A stretch of DNA of 64,000 nucleotides from Eubacteriales bacterium (GTDB taxonomy: Bacteria > Bacillota > Clostridia > Oscillospirales > CAG-272), in the NCBI GenBank assembly GCA_045636605.1, contig JAZTXV010000022.1, positions 9,883 to 73,882 on the forward strand. Direction: 5' to 3'. The notes under the pieces are model-generated. The model was not told the DNA's origin. It saw only the letters and a program-made list of their open reading frames with translations, and searched no databases. Position numbers and translations under genes: made by a program. Below, in pieces: positions 21,030 through 31,933 of the stretch. The first letter of the stretch is position 1. Each line of letters opens with the position of its first letter.

Positions 21030-21895
21030 TATTTCTTTTCCTTTATAATCAACTCGGGGAATTTAATGCTTACCCTTGCGCCGTCAGCAACACTCTCGCA
21101 AATGAAGGAGTTACCTCCGATAACAGCGCCCTCGCCGATGACTGTATCTCCGCCGAGAATAGACGCACCGGAGTAAATCGTAACGTTATCCATAATTGTA
21201 GGATGTCTTTTAACGCCGGACAAAATTTGTCCCTTTCTTGGAGAGAGCGCACCGAGTGTAACGCCCTGATAAAGACGAACACGCTTGCCGATAACGGTAG
21301 TTTCACCGATAACAATGCCTGTGCCGTGGTCGATAAAGAAGTATTCTCCAATCGTTGCTCCGGGGTTTATATCAATACCGGTAAGAGAGTGCGCATGCTC
21401 CGTCATAACTCGAGGAACGAACGGAACACCGTCACAATAGAGCAAATGTGCTACCCTGTATACGAAAATTGCATAAAATCCGGGGTAAGAGAACACAATC
21501 TCCTCTTTGCTTTGCGCCGCAGGATCTCCCTCGTATGCCGCTTCAACATCGGTCAAAAGCATTTTGTGAACGCTCGGAAGCGCTTCAATGAAGCGAGATG
21601 CAATAGCCTCTGCGTGCTCGGCAACGCTTTTCTTTTCCTTGAAGGAAAGAGAGAGGTGGATTTGCTTTTTGATGCGTCCGTAAATCGAGTATAAAAGTGT
21701 TTCCGCAAACGAGGCGCTATCCCCACGTATCTCGCCCGATGCAAAATATGCAGGGAACAAGAGTCTCTTAATGTCGTCTAAAATGCCGATAATTTCGTCC
21801 TTGTCGGGTAGGGCAAGCTCCTCGCTTATCATAGTGATTTTTGAGCCCTCGTAGCTCTCTCTCATTTCGAGAGCGATTTTGGAAATGTCAGCCAT
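21029..21895 (-). CDS. cysE: Serine O-acetyltransferase
   Basis: AYEGDPAA, SYPG, GIDINPGATIG, FIDHGTG, KRHPT. Confidence 0.95.
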   Translation of the reverse strand: MADISKIALEMRESYEGSKITMISEELALPDKDEIIGILDDIKRLLFPAYFASGEIRGDSASFAETLLYSIYGRIKKQIHLSLSFKEKKSVAEHAEAIASRFIEALPSVHKMLLTDVEAAYEGDPAAQSKEEIVFSYPGFYAIFVYRVAHLLYCDGVPFVPRVMTEHAHSLTGIDINPGATIGEYFFIDHGTGIVIGETTVIGKRVRLYQGVTLGALSPRKGQILSGVKRHPTIMDNVTIYSGASILGGDTVIGEGAVIGGNSFICESVADGARVSIKFPELIIKEKK

Positions 21896-22103
21896 ATTTT
21901 CTCCTTATCCGTATAAGTTAGTCATGCTCTCGACGCAACACAGCCCGAAAGCCAAAATATTCTAATACTAATCATATCATAACTGCTTGATATTTTCAAG
22001 GCATTGTGCTATAATTTTTTAAATAAGAGCCTGTTTCACAATGGTGATTGTGTAACAGACGAGAAAAGAAAATTCCAAAAACGAAATTTTATAAAGAGGA
22101 AAA

Positions 22104-22898
22104 ATGAAGCTAAACCTAAAAACAGTAAAAAACGCACGTGACCTCGGAGGACTGGCAACATATGACGGCAGAAGCGTCAAATACGGACGGTTGCTCCGCA
22201 CGGGTAACATGTCAATGCTAAGCGAGGACGACATTGAGGCTCTGAGAGCCTATAATCTCAAAAGAGTACTCGATTTTCGCACACAGACCGTGATAAATGC
22301 AACGCCCAACGTCAAAATTGACGGTGTGGAGTATATACACGTGCCGATAGTTAAGGAGCTTGCATCAAGGGTGATGAGCCGTGGCGACTACGAAACAAAA
22401 ACGATAGGCGAAATTCTTTTGCGCTTTACCGCCGACTTTGAGGGCAAGGGCTATGAGTGGATGCAGGCATTTTATCGTGATTTGTTTTCAAGCGATTATT
22501 CGCTCTCACAATATAAAATCTTCCTTGATTACCTCAAAAAAACGACACAGGGTGCGACCATTTTTCATTGTACAGCAGGAAAGGACCGCACAGGAGTTGG
22601 GGCAATATTCCTTCTTCTGCTTCTCGGAGTCAAAAGAGAGCAAATTCTTGAGGATTATCTCAAAACCAACGAAAGCGCAATAATTGACGTGCGTCAAGCG
22701 CAGGAGCTTGGAATATCGCTCGGCTATGATGATGAAATCATAAGGGACATCGAGAGAGTGAATTGCGTGCTTAGCGACTACGCAGATATGGTTTTTTCAT
22801 ATGTTGACAGCTTTGGCACTCCCGAGCAGTTTTTTAAGGAAAAAATGGGAATTGACGATACATATATCGCTCAAATGCGCCAAAACTATCTCGAATAG
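22104..22898 (+). CDS. Tyrosine-protein phosphatase (Y_phosphatase3/IphP-like)
   Basis: NARDLGG, FHCTAGKDRTG active-site loop, DYLKTN. Confidence 0.92.
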   Translation: MKLNLKTVKNARDLGGLATYDGRSVKYGRLLRTGNMSMLSEDDIEALRAYNLKRVLDFRTQTVINATPNVKIDGVEYIHVPIVKELASRVMSRGDYETKTIGEILLRFTADFEGKGYEWMQAFYRDLFSSDYSLSQYKIFLDYLKKTTQGATIFHCTAGKDRTGVGAIFLLLLLGVKREQILEDYLKTNESAIIDVRQAQELGISLGYDDEIIRDIERVNCVLSDYADMVFSYVDSFGTPEQFFKEKMGIDDTYIAQMRQNYLE

Positions 22899-23120
22899 CT
22901 TATACAAATCTCTTTTGAGCAAAAAAGCAAGGGTAACCATTTACGTAACCTCTTGATTTGGACGGATTTGTTTGTTAAAGGATTTCAAATCGGCATTTTT
23001 TTCGAATCCTTGCGAGAATTTGCTCTTTTTCAGTGGCTTTTGTTTTCATATTGACAAATCTATGCATTTTATGATAATATTATATGGAAAGAATTTTATG
23101 CCTAACAGAGAGGAAAATTT

Positions 23121-24686
23121 ATGAAGAGAAAACTAATCGTTTTGGCGGTTATGGTGATTGCAATAATGACTGCTTTTGCAATTTCTGTCAGTGCCGCAAC
23201 CTATTACGTTGACGGGGACGGAGCCCTCGTTGACTCAACAAGCGATAAAATCGCATACGAATATGAGCTAAGCTCAAAGGGATTCATCCCCGATATTTAT
23301 TTACACGATACAACGGTGACCAAAATCGTAATTCCCGATATGCCTGATTTTACGGGAACCGTTCAGCTTCAATCGGGATATTCCGCAAGCCTTGGCGTTT
23401 ACGCAATAGCTGATAAGGAAGCAAAGACAACTAATCTTATGACTCAAATCACCGAGGTCGAAATTCACGAAAATATGTATCTTGACGGAGCATATACTGT
23501 CGGAGTGTTTGCAGGCTATACTTCACTTGAGAAAATATCCTTCTATGCTAAGGTGTCAGTCGCAAGCAAGGGGGGATTTTTCCAGAATTGTAATGCGCTT
23601 TGTGAGCTTCACTTCTACGGACAGGACATTTCTGTTCCAAGCACGCTTATAAACACCCTCAAGCATACAAATGAGGTAACGATTGCATTTCACGAGGGCT
23701 CAAGCGGAACACTTTCGACAGGCAGCGAAACCTTGCCTACCTTCAGCACTCTTAACAACTGGAAAATTATAATCAACCCCAATATTACCCCATCAAATAT
23801 GAGTGATACAAGGCTTGGACACAAATGGGGAGCAGGAGTTCTTACGACAACCGGTTGGGAGCTTATTATGGCGTGCGATCCTTCTCTTTACACGCAACAG
23901 GAGCTTGAAGCGCTCAAAACAAGCCACTGCTTCCGATCAAGAGCAGAATTTCTTGAAGGGGCAAGCATTAAGGAAGCGACAGTTATGTCCTACTGCGATG
24001 CACTCTACAACGGAGCGCACAACGGGGCGAAGGACGATAACAACTGCGAAACATCTGTTGATTGCACAAGATGCTCATTTACTATCAAAGAGGCAAGCGC
24101 GCACAATATAAAAACCGTGATTACATACGAAAACGGCTTTGGCAAGGACGGCAAGAAGCTTTGTGATTGCGTCAGCGAGGGCTGTACCGTTGTTGATACC
24201 GATACAGTAGCTCCCGCATTTTTTGAATGTCTTGGCTATTCCGTGCCCGAGGACAACAGATACGACGGGCTTTATGTTGCCTTCAATGTTTCAAATCTTA
24301 ACGCATATATTGAATATGTCAGCGTTATGGGTGAGTTTAAATACGGAATTGCAATAGCAAATGCAAAGGGCGTAGGCTCGCTTATCTCACTTGAGGGCGA
24401 CGAATGTGTGTTCTCGGCAGAAAAGGGCTTATGTGCAGATATGACAGGCTCGGAGTACACGACCTTTAAGCTTTCAATTATGGGCTTTAACGAATCAGTT
24501 GCCGATACACTCGACCTTGTAATTGCGGCATATGCGGCAGCAGATTACGGTGCCGACGGAGAAGCAGAGGTCAAATTCATTCAGCACGAGCTCGCAAACG
24601 AACCGAATAAAATCGTAAACGGCTTCAATACCGTAAGCCTCAACAGGGCCTACTATAACCTCTATCCCTCAAAAAAGGAAGACTAA
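23121..24686 (+). CDS. Secreted/surface hypothetical protein with degenerate LRR-like and Cys-rich segments
   Basis: Signal peptide ending SVSA; F.GYTSLEKI and FQNCNAL BspA-like units; CETSVDCTRC; TTGACA promoter element at 23051. Confidence 0.55.
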   Translation: MKRKLIVLAVMVIAIMTAFAISVSAATYYVDGDGALVDSTSDKIAYEYELSSKGFIPDIYLHDTTVTKIVIPDMPDFTGTVQLQSGYSASLGVYAIADKEAKTTNLMTQITEVEIHENMYLDGAYTVGVFAGYTSLEKISFYAKVSVASKGGFFQNCNALCELHFYGQDISVPSTLINTLKHTNEVTIAFHEGSSGTLSTGSETLPTFSTLNNWKIIINPNITPSNMSDTRLGHKWGAGVLTTTGWELIMACDPSLYTQQELEALKTSHCFRSRAEFLEGASIKEATVMSYCDALYNGAHNGAKDDNNCETSVDCTRCSFTIKEASAHNIKTVITYENGFGKDGKKLCDCVSEGCTVVDTDTVAPAFFECLGYSVPEDNRYDGLYVAFNVSNLNAYIEYVSVMGEFKYGIAIANAKGVGSLISLEGDECVFSAEKGLCADMTGSEYTTFKLSIMGFNESVADTLDLVIAAYAAADYGADGEAEVKFIQHELANEPNKIVNGFNTVSLNRAYYNLYPSKKED

Positions 24687-24703
24687 CCCTTAATAAATAC
24701 CCC

Positions 24704-24728
24704 CAAAGCGCTCCCACGGAGCGCTTTT
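24704..24728 (+). terminator. Terminator
   Basis: AAAGCGCTCC/GGAGCGCTTTT. Confidence 0.75.
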
Positions 24729-24789
24729 CCTTTGCCATAGCTCGCATTAAATGAACAAAATTACAGCCCTTTTGAAAAATCAAATAGTA

Positions 24790-24818
24790 TTGACAAAGCA
24801 GAGAAAGGGTGCTAATAT
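24790..24818 (+). promoter_or_regulatory. sigmaA promoter upstream of the MATE leader
   Basis: TTGACA-17 bp-TAATAT with extended -10 TG. Confidence 0.6.
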
Positions 24819-24844
24819 GAAATTAGGTAAATAGTGACTTTAAG

Positions 24845-25004
24845 CGTTGCTGATAAGGCAATGGCGAGAATTACTGAAGGTTAGACAGGCTTTTGGTAAT
24901 CTCGGCGATTTCGTACTTTGGTCGCAAGCTCGTCAAATGACGGGAAAACTGTCTGTTTTTCGTTATTCGGCACCTTGCGGTCTATTGAACGCAGGTGTTT
25001 TTTT
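24845..25004 (+). promoter_or_regulatory. Structured 5' leader with intrinsic terminator (candidate riboswitch/attenuator)
   Basis: Several hairpins, then CACCTTGCG/CGCAGGTG stem plus T7 ending ~40 nt before the MATE start. Confidence 0.55.
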
Positions 25005-25042
25005 GTCCTTTTTATCAATTCATTATCAAGGAGGAAACAAAT

Positions 25043-26368
25043 ATGTTTTCCAAAATCAATCTGTCACTCAAGCGCATCAACTACAAGCTCTTTTTTGCAC
25101 TACTTGTCCTCGGATTAGCCCCCACCATTTACACAACGGCTCGTGTGTTTTTCTTAGGACAATTACCGGGCGAATGGTCTTTCTCAATCGCAGGTCAGCT
25201 TTCGTGGGTTAACCTCTTATACGAAATTCTTAACGAAGCAATCATATTGCCGTTGTTCTATTTCGTAGGCAAGGTAAAGCACGACGAAGAAGAGCTTTCA
25301 AACAGAGTTCGAACAGGCATGCTAATCTCGTTTGGCACATATGCGGTTCTTTCGACGGTCGTATTTATCTTTGCCGAGCCACTACTGAATTTAATGGCAA
25401 CCGATGCAAGCATTATCGAAGCATCAATATCTTACATACGCATTGAAAGCATCGCAAATGTATTTGCAATTTTAACGCAGTTTGCACTCGTTGCGCTTGT
25501 AGCAGTTAGGAAAAGCAAATACCTTTATGCACTCACGGGAGTAAAGCTTGTGTTGTGCCTCGTGTCCGATACTTTTCTCGTTTCAAGCCTACCCGTGTCG
25601 CTAAATTTAGGTGTAAACGGAATAGGCTACTCGAATATTATCGTAAACGCAATCCTTCTTGCCGTGTCAATCGTGCTGCTCGCAGTTGAAGGGATCAATG
25701 TCTTTGCAAAGGTAAAGCTCAATTTCTCTTGGGCAAAGGAATTTGCAAAAATTGGCGGTGTTTCGGGCATAGAATCGCTTGTACGTAATGTCGCATATAC
25801 GATTATGATTGCACGAATGGTGAATGTCGTAGGCGAGCAGGGAACATACTGGGTTGCAAACAATTTTATTTGGGGGTGGCTTCTTTTGCCGGTAATTCAG
25901 CTTGGCGAGCTTATCAAGCAAGAGGTATCAACCGACAAAGAAAATGTCCGTCGCAACTCGCTCGGCTATTTTGGCATAACAGCCATTATATCAGTGCTGT
26001 GGCTTGTCACCATACCGACTTGGAAGCCGTTTATGACACATGCTTTGGGCTTTACCGATGTGGATAAGCTCTTCAACCTTGTTATGATTCTTGTTGGATT
26101 CTATGTGCTTTACGCATTCCAAAATGTGTTCGACTCCACATTCTACGGTCTTGGTAAGACAAATTATATGCTCTTTGAATCGGTAGTAACAAACACAATC
26201 TACTATGGCATCGCATTTCTCCTCTACACAACAGGCGTGTGGACTCCAACTCTTACGGGAATCGCCTTGCTCTTCGGCATCGGTAACGCCTTTGACAGCA
26301 TAGTTTCCCTTGTCGCATATCTATATCTGCTGAAAAAAGAGAAAATCAACATCCTAAAAACTGAATAA
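25043..26368 (+). CDS. MATE family efflux transporter
   Basis: About 12 TM segments in ~440 aa, LNLGVNGIGYSNII, two-fold MATE repeat; RBS AGGAGG before ATG 25043. Confidence 0.8.
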   Translation: MFSKINLSLKRINYKLFFALLVLGLAPTIYTTARVFFLGQLPGEWSFSIAGQLSWVNLLYEILNEAIILPLFYFVGKVKHDEEELSNRVRTGMLISFGTYAVLSTVVFIFAEPLLNLMATDASIIEASISYIRIESIANVFAILTQFALVALVAVRKSKYLYALTGVKLVLCLVSDTFLVSSLPVSLNLGVNGIGYSNIIVNAILLAVSIVLLAVEGINVFAKVKLNFSWAKEFAKIGGVSGIESLVRNVAYTIMIARMVNVVGEQGTYWVANNFIWGWLLLPVIQLGELIKQEVSTDKENVRRNSLGYFGITAIISVLWLVTIPTWKPFMTHALGFTDVDKLFNLVMILVGFYVLYAFQNVFDSTFYGLGKTNYMLFESVVTNTIYYGIAFLLYTTGVWTPTLTGIALLFGIGNAFDSIVSLVAYLYLLKKEKINILKTE

Positions 26369-26369
26369 C

Positions 26370-26403
26370 AAAAATCGCCGACGATTACTCGTCGGCGATT
26401 TTT
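26370..26403. terminator. Bidirectional terminator
   Basis: AAAAATCGCCGACGA/TCGTCGGCGATTTTT between convergent genes. Confidence 0.85.
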
Positions 26404-26431
26404 ATGTATAACTCCACAAAGCCGAGGACGG

Positions 26432-27724
26432 TTAATCCAAGCTATCAGACGGGGGAAGGATTGATTCTGTCGAGAGGTCGTCGAGAGCGGTTATTTCACG
26501 TAGCTTGGCGTTTATCATTCTCGTTCTTGTGCCGACGAGCCTTTCAAGCTCCTCGCTTGCCTCGTCAAATTTCTTTTGTGCCTTTGAAAGCACCTCACCG
26601 AATTTTCCAAACTCTGCCTTAACTGCGCCTAACAGCTCAAATACCTGAGATGAGCGCTTTTGAATTGCAAGAGTGCGGAAGCCCATTTGAAGTGAATTCA
26701 AAAGTGCGCTGAGCGTTGATGGGCCCGCTACCGTGATTTTATACTCTCGCTGAAGCTCCTCGAAAAGCCCCAAGCTAAGCACCTCGGAATAAAGCGACTC
26801 TATTGGCAAAAACATAATGGCGAAATCGGTAGTTCTTGGTGGCTCTATGTATTTGTCGTGAATTTTCTTGGCAAATTGCTTGATTGTGGAGCGAAGCGCC
26901 TTTTTTGCACTCTCAAGGCGTTCCCTGTCAAGCGCATCTGCGGCATCTCTGAGCTCGTGATACGGTTCAAGCGGGAATTTTGCATCAATCGGTAAATATA
27001 CCACGCTATCACTCGCCCCGGGCATTTTTATCGCAAATTCGACAGGATCGTGCGAGGTGGATTTGGTGACAATGTTCGTTTCATATTGCTCAGGCGTCAA
27101 AAGCTCACAAATGATGCTTTCAAGCGCAATTTCACCCACAATACCCTTTGTTTTTACGTTCGTCAGCACACGGTTTAGCGAGCTTACATCTGATGCAAGC
27201 GTCTTTATCTCGCCGATTGCAACACCAACATCGGCAATCTGCCGTATCACGCTATCAAACGATGCCTTGAGCCGAGCGCCTAAGGTTGCATCAAGCTTTT
27301 CGCCGACGATTTTTTGGATTTCCTCAAGCCGTTCTCGAACCTGCGTGCGTATCGTGTCAAGCCCCGTATCGAGCCTGGTAAGCATTGCATCGTTGTTTTG
27401 TCGCTCCGCTTCGGTGATTTTGGCGAAGCTGTCGGCGAGCGTTTTTAAAATCTCGAGATGATTCGTGGCGCTACCGTCGCCAAGACGGCGCATTTCTGTC
27501 TCGAGATGCTCGATTTGCGTGCCGATTGCGGCAATAAGCGATGCATTAGATGCCATAACCGACGAGCTAACCGATGAGCTAAGCTCTCCGATAGTACGGC
27601 TTACGGCAAGGCCTATCTCGCTTTTATCAATCTCGACGGGCATTCGGCGCTTGAAGATCAAGGCACAAACACCTATAAGGACAAGCGAGGTGAAAATTAA
27701 ATTTAAAATCAAAAGCAGCTCCAT
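26432..27724 (-). CDS. rmuC: DNA recombination protein RmuC
   Basis: N-terminal TM, KTKGIVGE, LPIDAKFP, KYIEPPRTTDFAIMFLPIESLY. Confidence 0.93.
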   Translation of the reverse strand: MELLLILNLIFTSLVLIGVCALIFKRRMPVEIDKSEIGLAVSRTIGELSSSVSSSVMASNASLIAAIGTQIEHLETEMRRLGDGSATNHLEILKTLADSFAKITEAERQNNDAMLTRLDTGLDTIRTQVRERLEEIQKIVGEKLDATLGARLKASFDSVIRQIADVGVAIGEIKTLASDVSSLNRVLTNVKTKGIVGEIALESIICELLTPEQYETNIVTKSTSHDPVEFAIKMPGASDSVVYLPIDAKFPLEPYHELRDAADALDRERLESAKKALRSTIKQFAKKIHDKYIEPPRTTDFAIMFLPIESLYSEVLSLGLFEELQREYKITVAGPSTLSALLNSLQMGFRTLAIQKRSSQVFELLGAVKAEFGKFGEVLSKAQKKFDEASEELERLVGTRTRMINAKLREITALDDLSTESILPPSDSLD

Positions 27725-27904
27725 AATTTCTCCTTGGTGGGTATTCCACATTCATATTTTTCTAATTTGATTTTATCACATATAAAATGGTAGCGCAACA
27801 GAAAAATTTTTTCTCCTGTCGTAAAATTTTAACATTTATACTATTGAAACTTTGGGCATAGTATGGTAAAATTTAAGTAACTACAAAAAAAGAAGGCGAC
27901 AGAT

Positions 27905-29317
27905 ATGAGAAAAACCAAAATTGTATGCACAATAGGACCTGCCTGCAACAACGAGGCAACCTTAACACAGATGGCTCTTGCCGGAATGAACGTGGCAAGG
28001 CTTAACTTCTCTCACGGAACGCACGAAGATCACCAACGCAACGTTGATATGCTCAAGCGTGTACGTCGTGAGCTTAATATTCCTCTTGCAATTATGCTTG
28101 ATACAAAGGGCCCGGAGTACCGTATCGGCACATTTGAAAACGGAAAGGAAATGATAAAGGAGGGCGATACCTTTACCTTCACCACCCGTGACGTTGTAGG
28201 AACAAATCAAATCGTATCGGTGAGCTATAAAAACCTCGCCGCCGAGCTTGATCCGGGTGATAAAATACTTGTAAACAACGGACTTTTGGTCTTTAGGGTT
28301 GAAAAAATCGAGGATACCGAGATTATTTGCCGTGTAATTGCCGGCGGAGAAATCTCCAACCGTAAGAGCATGAGCTTTCCTGGACAGGTAATGAACCAAA
28401 TCTACCTGAGTGAGCAGGACAAAAAGGATCTTCTTTTTGCTATTGAAAACGATTTCGAGTATATCGCTTGCTCGTTCGTATCCAGAGTTCAAGACATCCT
28501 TGACGTAAAGGACTTTTTAAAGATCAACGGAGCAAACAATATCGGCATTATCGCAAAGATTGAAAATCAATCGGGTGTTGATAATATCGAGCAGATTTGC
28601 GCCGAGTGTGACGGAATTATGATAGGCCGTGGAGATATGGGCGTTGAAATTCCGTTTGAGGAGGTTCCTGCCATCCAAAAGAAGATAATTACAAAGTGCC
28701 GTATGCTCGGAAAGAGAGTTATAACGGCTACGGAAATGCTTGAGAGCATGACAACCAATCCCCGTCCGACAAGAGCCGAGATTTCCGACGTTGCAAACGC
28801 AGTTTTCGACGGCACCAGTGCAATAATGCTTTCCGGTGAAACGGCGGCGGGAAAATATCCTGTTCTCACCGTTCAAACGATGTCAAAAATTGCGGAGCAG
28901 GCGGAGAAAAACGTGGATTACAGAAAAATCTTCTATACCACCGATTTCAAAATTAAGAATTCCATGGATGCGATTTCTCACTCCGTGTGCGGAATGGCAA
29001 TGGATATTGATGCGAAGGCTATCGTCGTTTGCTCGATGTCGGGAATGACTGCAAGAATGGTATCCCGCTTCCGTTCGCCTGTTGATATTGTGGGACTTAC
29101 CGTTAGCGAAAAAACGTGGCATCAGCTTTCGCTTTCTTGGGGCGTAATTCCCGTTATGTGCGAGGTGTATCCGCAGATTGAGGTGCTTTTCTATACCGCA
29201 AAGAACCTTGTAAAGAACAAGCTTGGACTTAGCGCAGGCGATAAAATTGTTATCACGGGCGGCTCACAGACGGGTGCAAGCGGAAATACAAACACAATCA
29301 GAATGGAAACGATTTGA
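27905..29317 (+). CDS. pyk: Pyruvate kinase
   Basis: RKTKIVCTIGP, ARLNFSHG, IAKIEN, RGDMGVE, MLSGETA. Confidence 0.98.
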   Translation: MRKTKIVCTIGPACNNEATLTQMALAGMNVARLNFSHGTHEDHQRNVDMLKRVRRELNIPLAIMLDTKGPEYRIGTFENGKEMIKEGDTFTFTTRDVVGTNQIVSVSYKNLAAELDPGDKILVNNGLLVFRVEKIEDTEIICRVIAGGEISNRKSMSFPGQVMNQIYLSEQDKKDLLFAIENDFEYIACSFVSRVQDILDVKDFLKINGANNIGIIAKIENQSGVDNIEQICAECDGIMIGRGDMGVEIPFEEVPAIQKKIITKCRMLGKRVITATEMLESMTTNPRPTRAEISDVANAVFDGTSAIMLSGETAAGKYPVLTVQTMSKIAEQAEKNVDYRKIFYTTDFKIKNSMDAISHSVCGMAMDIDAKAIVVCSMSGMTARMVSRFRSPVDIVGLTVSEKTWHQLSLSWGVIPVMCEVYPQIEVLFYTAKNLVKNKLGLSAGDKIVITGGSQTGASGNTNTIRMETI

Positions 29318-29362
29318 TGCGTTTTTGCAAAACATATGAAATTTCGTTCATATAATAAATGA

Positions 29363-29393
29363 CAAAAAGTCCGCTTAACAAGCGGACTTTTTT
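29363..29393. terminator. Bidirectional terminator
   Basis: AAAAAGTCCGCTT/AAGCGGACTTTTT. Confidence 0.85.
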
Positions 29394-29452
29394 GCATTAC
29401 ACCTCAATATATTCTAAATATGAACATATTAGCATATATTTATATGAATGAG

Positions 29453-31084
29453 TTATTTCGAAAGGTCAAGACCTCGAACAATCTCTCTTAGTCGTAGAAT
29501 ATAAACAGGAGAAACGGAAAGCTCGTCAATGCCCATTCTCAAAAAATCTTCTGTCAGGGACAAATCGGAGGCAAGCTCTCCGCAAATGCCAATCCAACCT
29601 CCGTGAGCGTGAATTGACCTCGCCGACATCTCAATAAGCTTAAAAATCGAATCGTGATGCGTGTCGCAGAATTCGTCAAGAAACGGACTTTGCCTGTCGC
29701 ACGCAAGCGTGTATTGCGTCAGGTCATTCGTTCCAACGCTAAAAAAGTCAACGAGTGTGGCAAGCTCGTCGCTTATAAGCGCAGATGCGGGCGTTTCTAT
29801 CATAATTCCTATTTGAATGTCATTCGATATGGGTATTTGCTCACTAATAAGCTCGCTTTTGGCATCATTTAGCAAGTCAAGCGCCCTTTCAAGCTCGCTT
29901 TTGCTCGTTATCATAGGAAACATAATTCCGAGATGTCCGTGAGCGCTTGCACGAAGAAGGGCTCTGAGCTGCTCCTTGAAAAGCTCGGTTCTTTGAAGGC
30001 ACAGGCGTATTCCGCGAAGCCCCAACGCCGGATTTTCCTCCTTTGGCAAATCAAGATACGGCACAACCTTATCTGCGCCGATATCCAACGTGCGTATAAC
30101 GGTAAGGCGTTCTCCCATTGTTTCCAAAATTCTTTTATAAATGGAGAATTGCTCGTCCTCGCTCGGAGCACTGTCCCGTTCAAGATACAAAAATTCGCTC
30201 CTGAAAAGGCCGATGCCCTCGGCATCGCTCAAAAGCGCCTCTCCAACCCCCGCAATACTGCCCACATTTGCAAAAAGCTTGATTTTCGTTCCGTCAAGGG
30301 TTACCGTGTCTTTGCCTCGAAGCAGGGTTAGACGCTCCTTTGATTCGATATCGGCGCTTTGCCGTTGTACGAAGCTCTCGAGAGTCTTTGCATCGGGATT
30401 TATTACAACCTCTCCCGTGTAGCCGTCAACGCATAGCATATCACCGTCACTAAGACAGGATAAAAACCGTTCTCCCACCGAAACGACGGCGGGAATTGCC
30501 ATATTCCGTGCCAAAATCGCACTGTGAGAGGTGAGTGAGCCTCCCGAGGTCACAAACGCTAAAATCTGAGCCGTATCAAGAGATATCGTTTCGCTCGGAG
30601 TCAGCTCGTCGGAGCAGATAATGTGCCCTGTTGATGCATCAACAGGCACACTCTCCCCCTGCAAAATCGAAATCAAACGAGAGGAAACATCCTCAATATC
30701 GGCTGCTCTCGCCCTCATATACGGATCGCTCATAGACGAAAAAAGATACGAGAAATTCTCGCACGCAACAGATACGGCATACTCAGCATTGACGCTCTGC
30801 GTGCGAATAATGCTTGTTATAGAGTCATTGTAATCCTCGTCGTCAAGCATCATTTTGTGAATTTGAAAAATCTGTGCATTCGCCTCTCCAAGCTCGCTTT
30901 TCGCCCTTGCATATATTGCATCAAGCTCCCTTGATGCCTCAAGCTTAGCCTCAGAAAGCCTCAAAATCTCATTACTCGGACTTGGAATTTTGAATTTCTT
31001 CGGCTTTTTTCGGGATTTCTTCAAAAGCCTCACACGTCCTATTGCAATAGCCCCGTAAACGCCCTTACCCTTGAATTTTATCAT
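29453..31084 (-). CDS. ptsI: PTS enzyme I (PEP-protein phosphotransferase)
   Basis: TSHSAILAR phospho-His motif, GLFRSEF, ENPALGLRGIR, SVGTNDLTQY; ATG at 31084. Confidence 0.96.
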   Translation of the reverse strand: MIKFKGKGVYGAIAIGRVRLLKKSRKKPKKFKIPSPSNEILRLSEAKLEASRELDAIYARAKSELGEANAQIFQIHKMMLDDEDYNDSITSIIRTQSVNAEYAVSVACENFSYLFSSMSDPYMRARAADIEDVSSRLISILQGESVPVDASTGHIICSDELTPSETISLDTAQILAFVTSGGSLTSHSAILARNMAIPAVVSVGERFLSCLSDGDMLCVDGYTGEVVINPDAKTLESFVQRQSADIESKERLTLLRGKDTVTLDGTKIKLFANVGSIAGVGEALLSDAEGIGLFRSEFLYLERDSAPSEDEQFSIYKRILETMGERLTVIRTLDIGADKVVPYLDLPKEENPALGLRGIRLCLQRTELFKEQLRALLRASAHGHLGIMFPMITSKSELERALDLLNDAKSELISEQIPISNDIQIGIMIETPASALISDELATLVDFFSVGTNDLTQYTLACDRQSPFLDEFCDTHHDSIFKLIEMSARSIHAHGGWIGICGELASDLSLTEDFLRMGIDELSVSPVYILRLREIVRGLDLSK

Positions 31085-31228
31085 AAGATTACTCCTCGTT
31101 AAATTATTGGAATTTACAAAAAGTATTCCCAAAAAAACGCACAATACGCAAAAAAGAGCCACACTCTCTTGAAAATTTAATACGAAGGTGTTAAAATATA
31201 TACATAAAATTATGAAAGAGGTGCTTTT

Positions 31229-31933
31229 ATGAAAATTTTGACTATTGGAAACAGCTTTTCGCAGGATGCAACGAGATATTTAAGAGAGGTGTCGAACGAT
31301 ACACTTTTTGTTCGTAATCTTTGTATTGGCGGATGCTCGCTTGAAACGCACGCAAAAAACATAGCAGAGGGCAACGCATTTTACTCATACGAAATAGATG
31401 CACAATCAATAGCGATTAAGTCAATAAACGAGGTGCTTACCCTTGAAAAATGGGATTACATTACCATACAGCAGGTAAGTCATTTTTCGGGAATTGAATG
31501 GACATATGAGCCGTTTATCGCATACGTGCTCGACTATATCAAGGCAGCCTGCCCGGATGCCAAAATCGCCTTTCACAGAACGTGGTCGTACGATCCGTCA
31601 TCTGATCACGGCGGATTTCCGTACTATAACAGAAATACAAATTTGATGTATGAAAAAATCGTCGAGGCATCAGATAAAATCACGAAAAAATACAATCTCC
31701 CGATAATCGACAACGGCACGGCAATTCAAAGGGCAAGAGAGCTTGATTACTTCAACGTGGAGAAGGGCGGAATTTCTATCAACCGTGACGGCTTCCACCT
31801 CTCACTCGATTACGGCAGATATCTTGCCGCACTCACAATGTATGAATTCTTCACGGGCAAGAGCAAGAAAACGGTCACCTTCGCACCCGAGGGCACGGAT
31901 CCGCAGATTATCGAGGCACTCAAAAATCTTTAA
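31229..31933 (+). CDS. SGNH/GDSL-type hydrolase (DUF4886-like)
   Basis: IGNSFS, WDYITIQQ, RDGFH. Confidence 0.8.
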   Translation: MKILTIGNSFSQDATRYLREVSNDTLFVRNLCIGGCSLETHAKNIAEGNAFYSYEIDAQSIAIKSINEVLTLEKWDYITIQQVSHFSGIEWTYEPFIAYVLDYIKAACPDAKIAFHRTWSYDPSSDHGGFPYYNRNTNLMYEKIVEASDKITKKYNLPIIDNGTAIQRARELDYFNVEKGGISINRDGFHLSLDYGRYLAALTMYEFFTGKSKKTVTFAPEGTDPQIIEALKNL

